A stretch of 64,000 bases of DNA from positions 1,725-65,724 of the forward strand of contig CAYHHO010000001.1 in assembly GCA_964356445.1 (NCBI GenBank), in the 5' to 3' direction. Each line of letters starts with the position of its first letter. Position 1 is the first letter of the stretch. A program made the translations under genes and the position numbers. Shown here piece by piece: positions 62,650 to 64,000 of this stretch. The stretch is from an uncultured Singulisphaera sp. (GTDB lineage: Bacteria > Planctomycetota > Phycisphaerae > Phycisphaerales > SM1A02). The notes beneath the pieces were generated by a model. The model had not been told where the DNA came from. It ran no database searches and saw only the letters and a list, made by a program, of their open reading frames with translations.

Positions 62650-62702
62650 GCGCCGATTTGAGTACTTGGCTTTCGGCGCAGCCTATTTCTGTCGTTTTTT
62701 TT
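62650..62702 (+). terminator. possible terminator (non-canonical)
   Basis: GCGCCGA (62650-62656) pairs with TCGGCGC (62673-62679). A T8 run follows only about 15 nt later (62694-62702). Confidence 0.3.
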
Positions 62703-62804
62703 GCTTTTGTAGGCATTTGTGGCAAACTCAACGCGAGCGGCACGGGCTTCGTGTGCCATTTCGCATCGATCTATAGATCTGAACACCCCCAAATGGAGTC
62801 ATTC

Positions 62805-64000
62805 ATGAATCGTGCAACTCGACTCGAATCTCACTTCGTTGCCTGCGCTGCAGCCGTTGCGGCTTCAGCGCTAGGCACAACTGCAGCCGCCGATGTCGTG
62901 TACAGCGGCGTCGTCAACATCACCGTGCCAGCCAACATTGACGGCATTTATCTGAATGTCGAAACCGGCGCGTACGGATCAAGCGGCGCGGGCACCGCAG
63001 GTTGGGACACCAATCCGTACGGGACTTCGTTGACTGCGGTTTCGCTCTACTCGGCCACAGGCACCGGTCACATGCGCGCACCGGAAGCGGGCACGCTCAC
63101 CGCGCGCACCAATCTGCTCCCTGACACGTCGATCGGCATCGGTTCGTTCTTCTACGCGTCGTCATCGGCGACGATCGGAACGCTTCCAGGTCAGTGGTCT
63201 GCGAACGCGGAGGGCGTCTATGGATTCAAGTTCCTCGCCGCTGACGGACTGACTCACTACGGCTGGCTGCGGCTCTCTATTGGAGCCAACGCGGCCACCC
63301 GCGTCATCGTCGACTATGCATACGAGAACATCGCTGGAGTTGACATTCGCTCTGGCTCGGGAGGCGGACCGCCACCTCCGTACGACCCATGCGCCCCGTT
63401 CAATCCATCCGCAAGCGTTGGCAACAACAATCTGCCGATCAACTCGGCGACGGCGACCGATCTTGATCTCGGAGCGTGTGGCACTGCGTACAAGGCGAAC
63501 TATTTCAAGTTTGTAGCGCCAGTGAGCGGCGATTTCGGCTTCAACGTTTGCGCTACCACTGGCGCGGTTTCCGCAGTTCTTGACGGTTGTGCAGCCGGAT
63601 CTGCGGTCCTCAACTGCACCGCGGCTGGCTGCCAAGCCGGAGTCACGCTCGCTGCGGGCCAGACCGTCTACTGCGTCGTAGGCGCAGCGGATGCGGCAAC
63701 TGTGCTTCCATCGCCGATGACTGTCAGCGTTTCGGGTCCGCCACTTCCAGCGTGCGTCGAAGCGGCGGCAGCCGCGTTCGGAGACAACGTCTTCGACGAC
63801 ACAGCATCGACAACGCCGCAGACTGTCATCAGCAGCCTTGCTGGAGCGACCCAAGTCATCCAGAAGTCGGTCTGGTACAGATTCACTCCTGGCGCAACCG
63901 GCGCGTACAGCTTCAGGACGTGCGGCGTAACCGGCGACACGATGATTGCTATCGGCGAAGTGTGCCCGACTTACGGGACAACCTTCCAGTCGATTGCATA
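62805..64000 (+). CDS. secreted protein, 5' partial view (runs off window end); two copies of the Cys module
   Basis: Not in the ORF track because there is no stop in the window. My own translation from ATG 62805 (GGAG 7 nt upstream) is open to nt 64000: 'MNRATRLESHFVACAAAVAASALGTTAAADVVYSGVVNITVPANIDGIYLNVETGA...HYGWLRLSIGANAATRVIVDYAYE...'. Two modules follow: 'CAPFNPSASVGNNNLPINSATAT...YKANYFKFVAPVSGDFGFNVC' and 'CVEAAAAAFGDNVFDDTASTT...KSVWYRFTPGATGAYSFRTCGVTGDTMIAIGEVC'. Confidence 0.7.
   Translation, partial: MNRATRLESHFVACAAAVAASALGTTAAADVVYSGVVNITVPANIDGIYLNVETGAYGSSGAGTAGWDTNPYGTSLTAVSLYSATGTGHMRAPEAGTLTARTNLLPDTSIGIGSFFYASSSATIGTLPGQWSANAEGVYGFKFLAADGLTHYGWLRLSIGANAATRVIVDYAYENIAGVDIRSGSGGGPPPPYDPCAPFNPSASVGNNNLPINSATATDLDLGACGTAYKANYFKFVAPVSGDFGFNVCATTGAVSAVLDGCAAGSAVLNCTAAGCQAGVTLAAGQTVYCVVGAADAATVLPSPMTVSVSGPPLPACVEAAAAAFGDNVFDDTASTTPQTVISSLAGATQVIQKSVWYRFTPGATGAYSFRTCGVTGDTMIAIGEVCPTYGTTFQSIA

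Overview
High-GC (roughly 60% by eye, not computed), densely coding bacterial chromosomal window with about 52 CDS. Many gene pairs have 4-nt ATGA or 1-nt stop/start overlaps. I found no rRNA, tRNA, CRISPR array, transposase, integrase or prophage genes. All calls below come from reading the translated ORFs and the DNA by eye; no database search was run.

Gene content suggests the PVC superphylum, probably Planctomycetota (Phycisphaerae-like). The evidence is a DUF1080/beta-propeller/HEAT/CxxCH 'membrane-bound dehydrogenase' protein, many exported FGE/SUMF1-fold proteins, a GldG/DUF4340 ABC operon and dockerin-tagged exoproteins. This is inference only.

Core genes recognised:
- ispE, an M3 oligoendopeptidase, a saccharopine-dehydrogenase-family gene, arfB, purM, sucD, glpK-glpD.
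- rpsL-rpsG, and rpmF-plsX-fabH-fabD-(lipoprotein)-(fabG inverted)-acpP-fabF.
- GH15 glucoamylase-like, M28 peptidase, ABC/ABC-2/GldG/DUF4340 operon, a COG2509-type FAD protein and mgtE.

Accessory content, and the most interesting material:
1. Five proteins, possibly six, with unrelated heads all end in the same double EF-hand dockerin-like C-terminal tag. No cohesin partner is visible in the window. The set includes a tandem pair of metzincin + 7-bladed RCC1 propeller proteins, an FG-GAP/VCBS protein with a twin Cys-rich motif, and a three-gene block at 58.5-64 kb that shares a Cys-containing jelly-roll-like module of about 125 aa.
2. Three tandem exported FGE/SUMF1-fold paralogues lie directly upstream of a porin O/P-like gene.
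3. A stand-alone HNH nuclease with an unrecognised N-terminal domain sits between arfB and purM.
4. A DUF1476 (F1-ATPase inhibitor zeta-like) gene lies next to an N-domain-less mgtE.
5. Small non-coding oddities: a 23-bp-stem hairpin, a 5x heptamer repeat and a 3x 14-nt repeat.

I cannot demonstrate a complete novel system from sequence alone. The dockerin-tagged secretome and the FGE-triplet/porin cluster are the best candidates.
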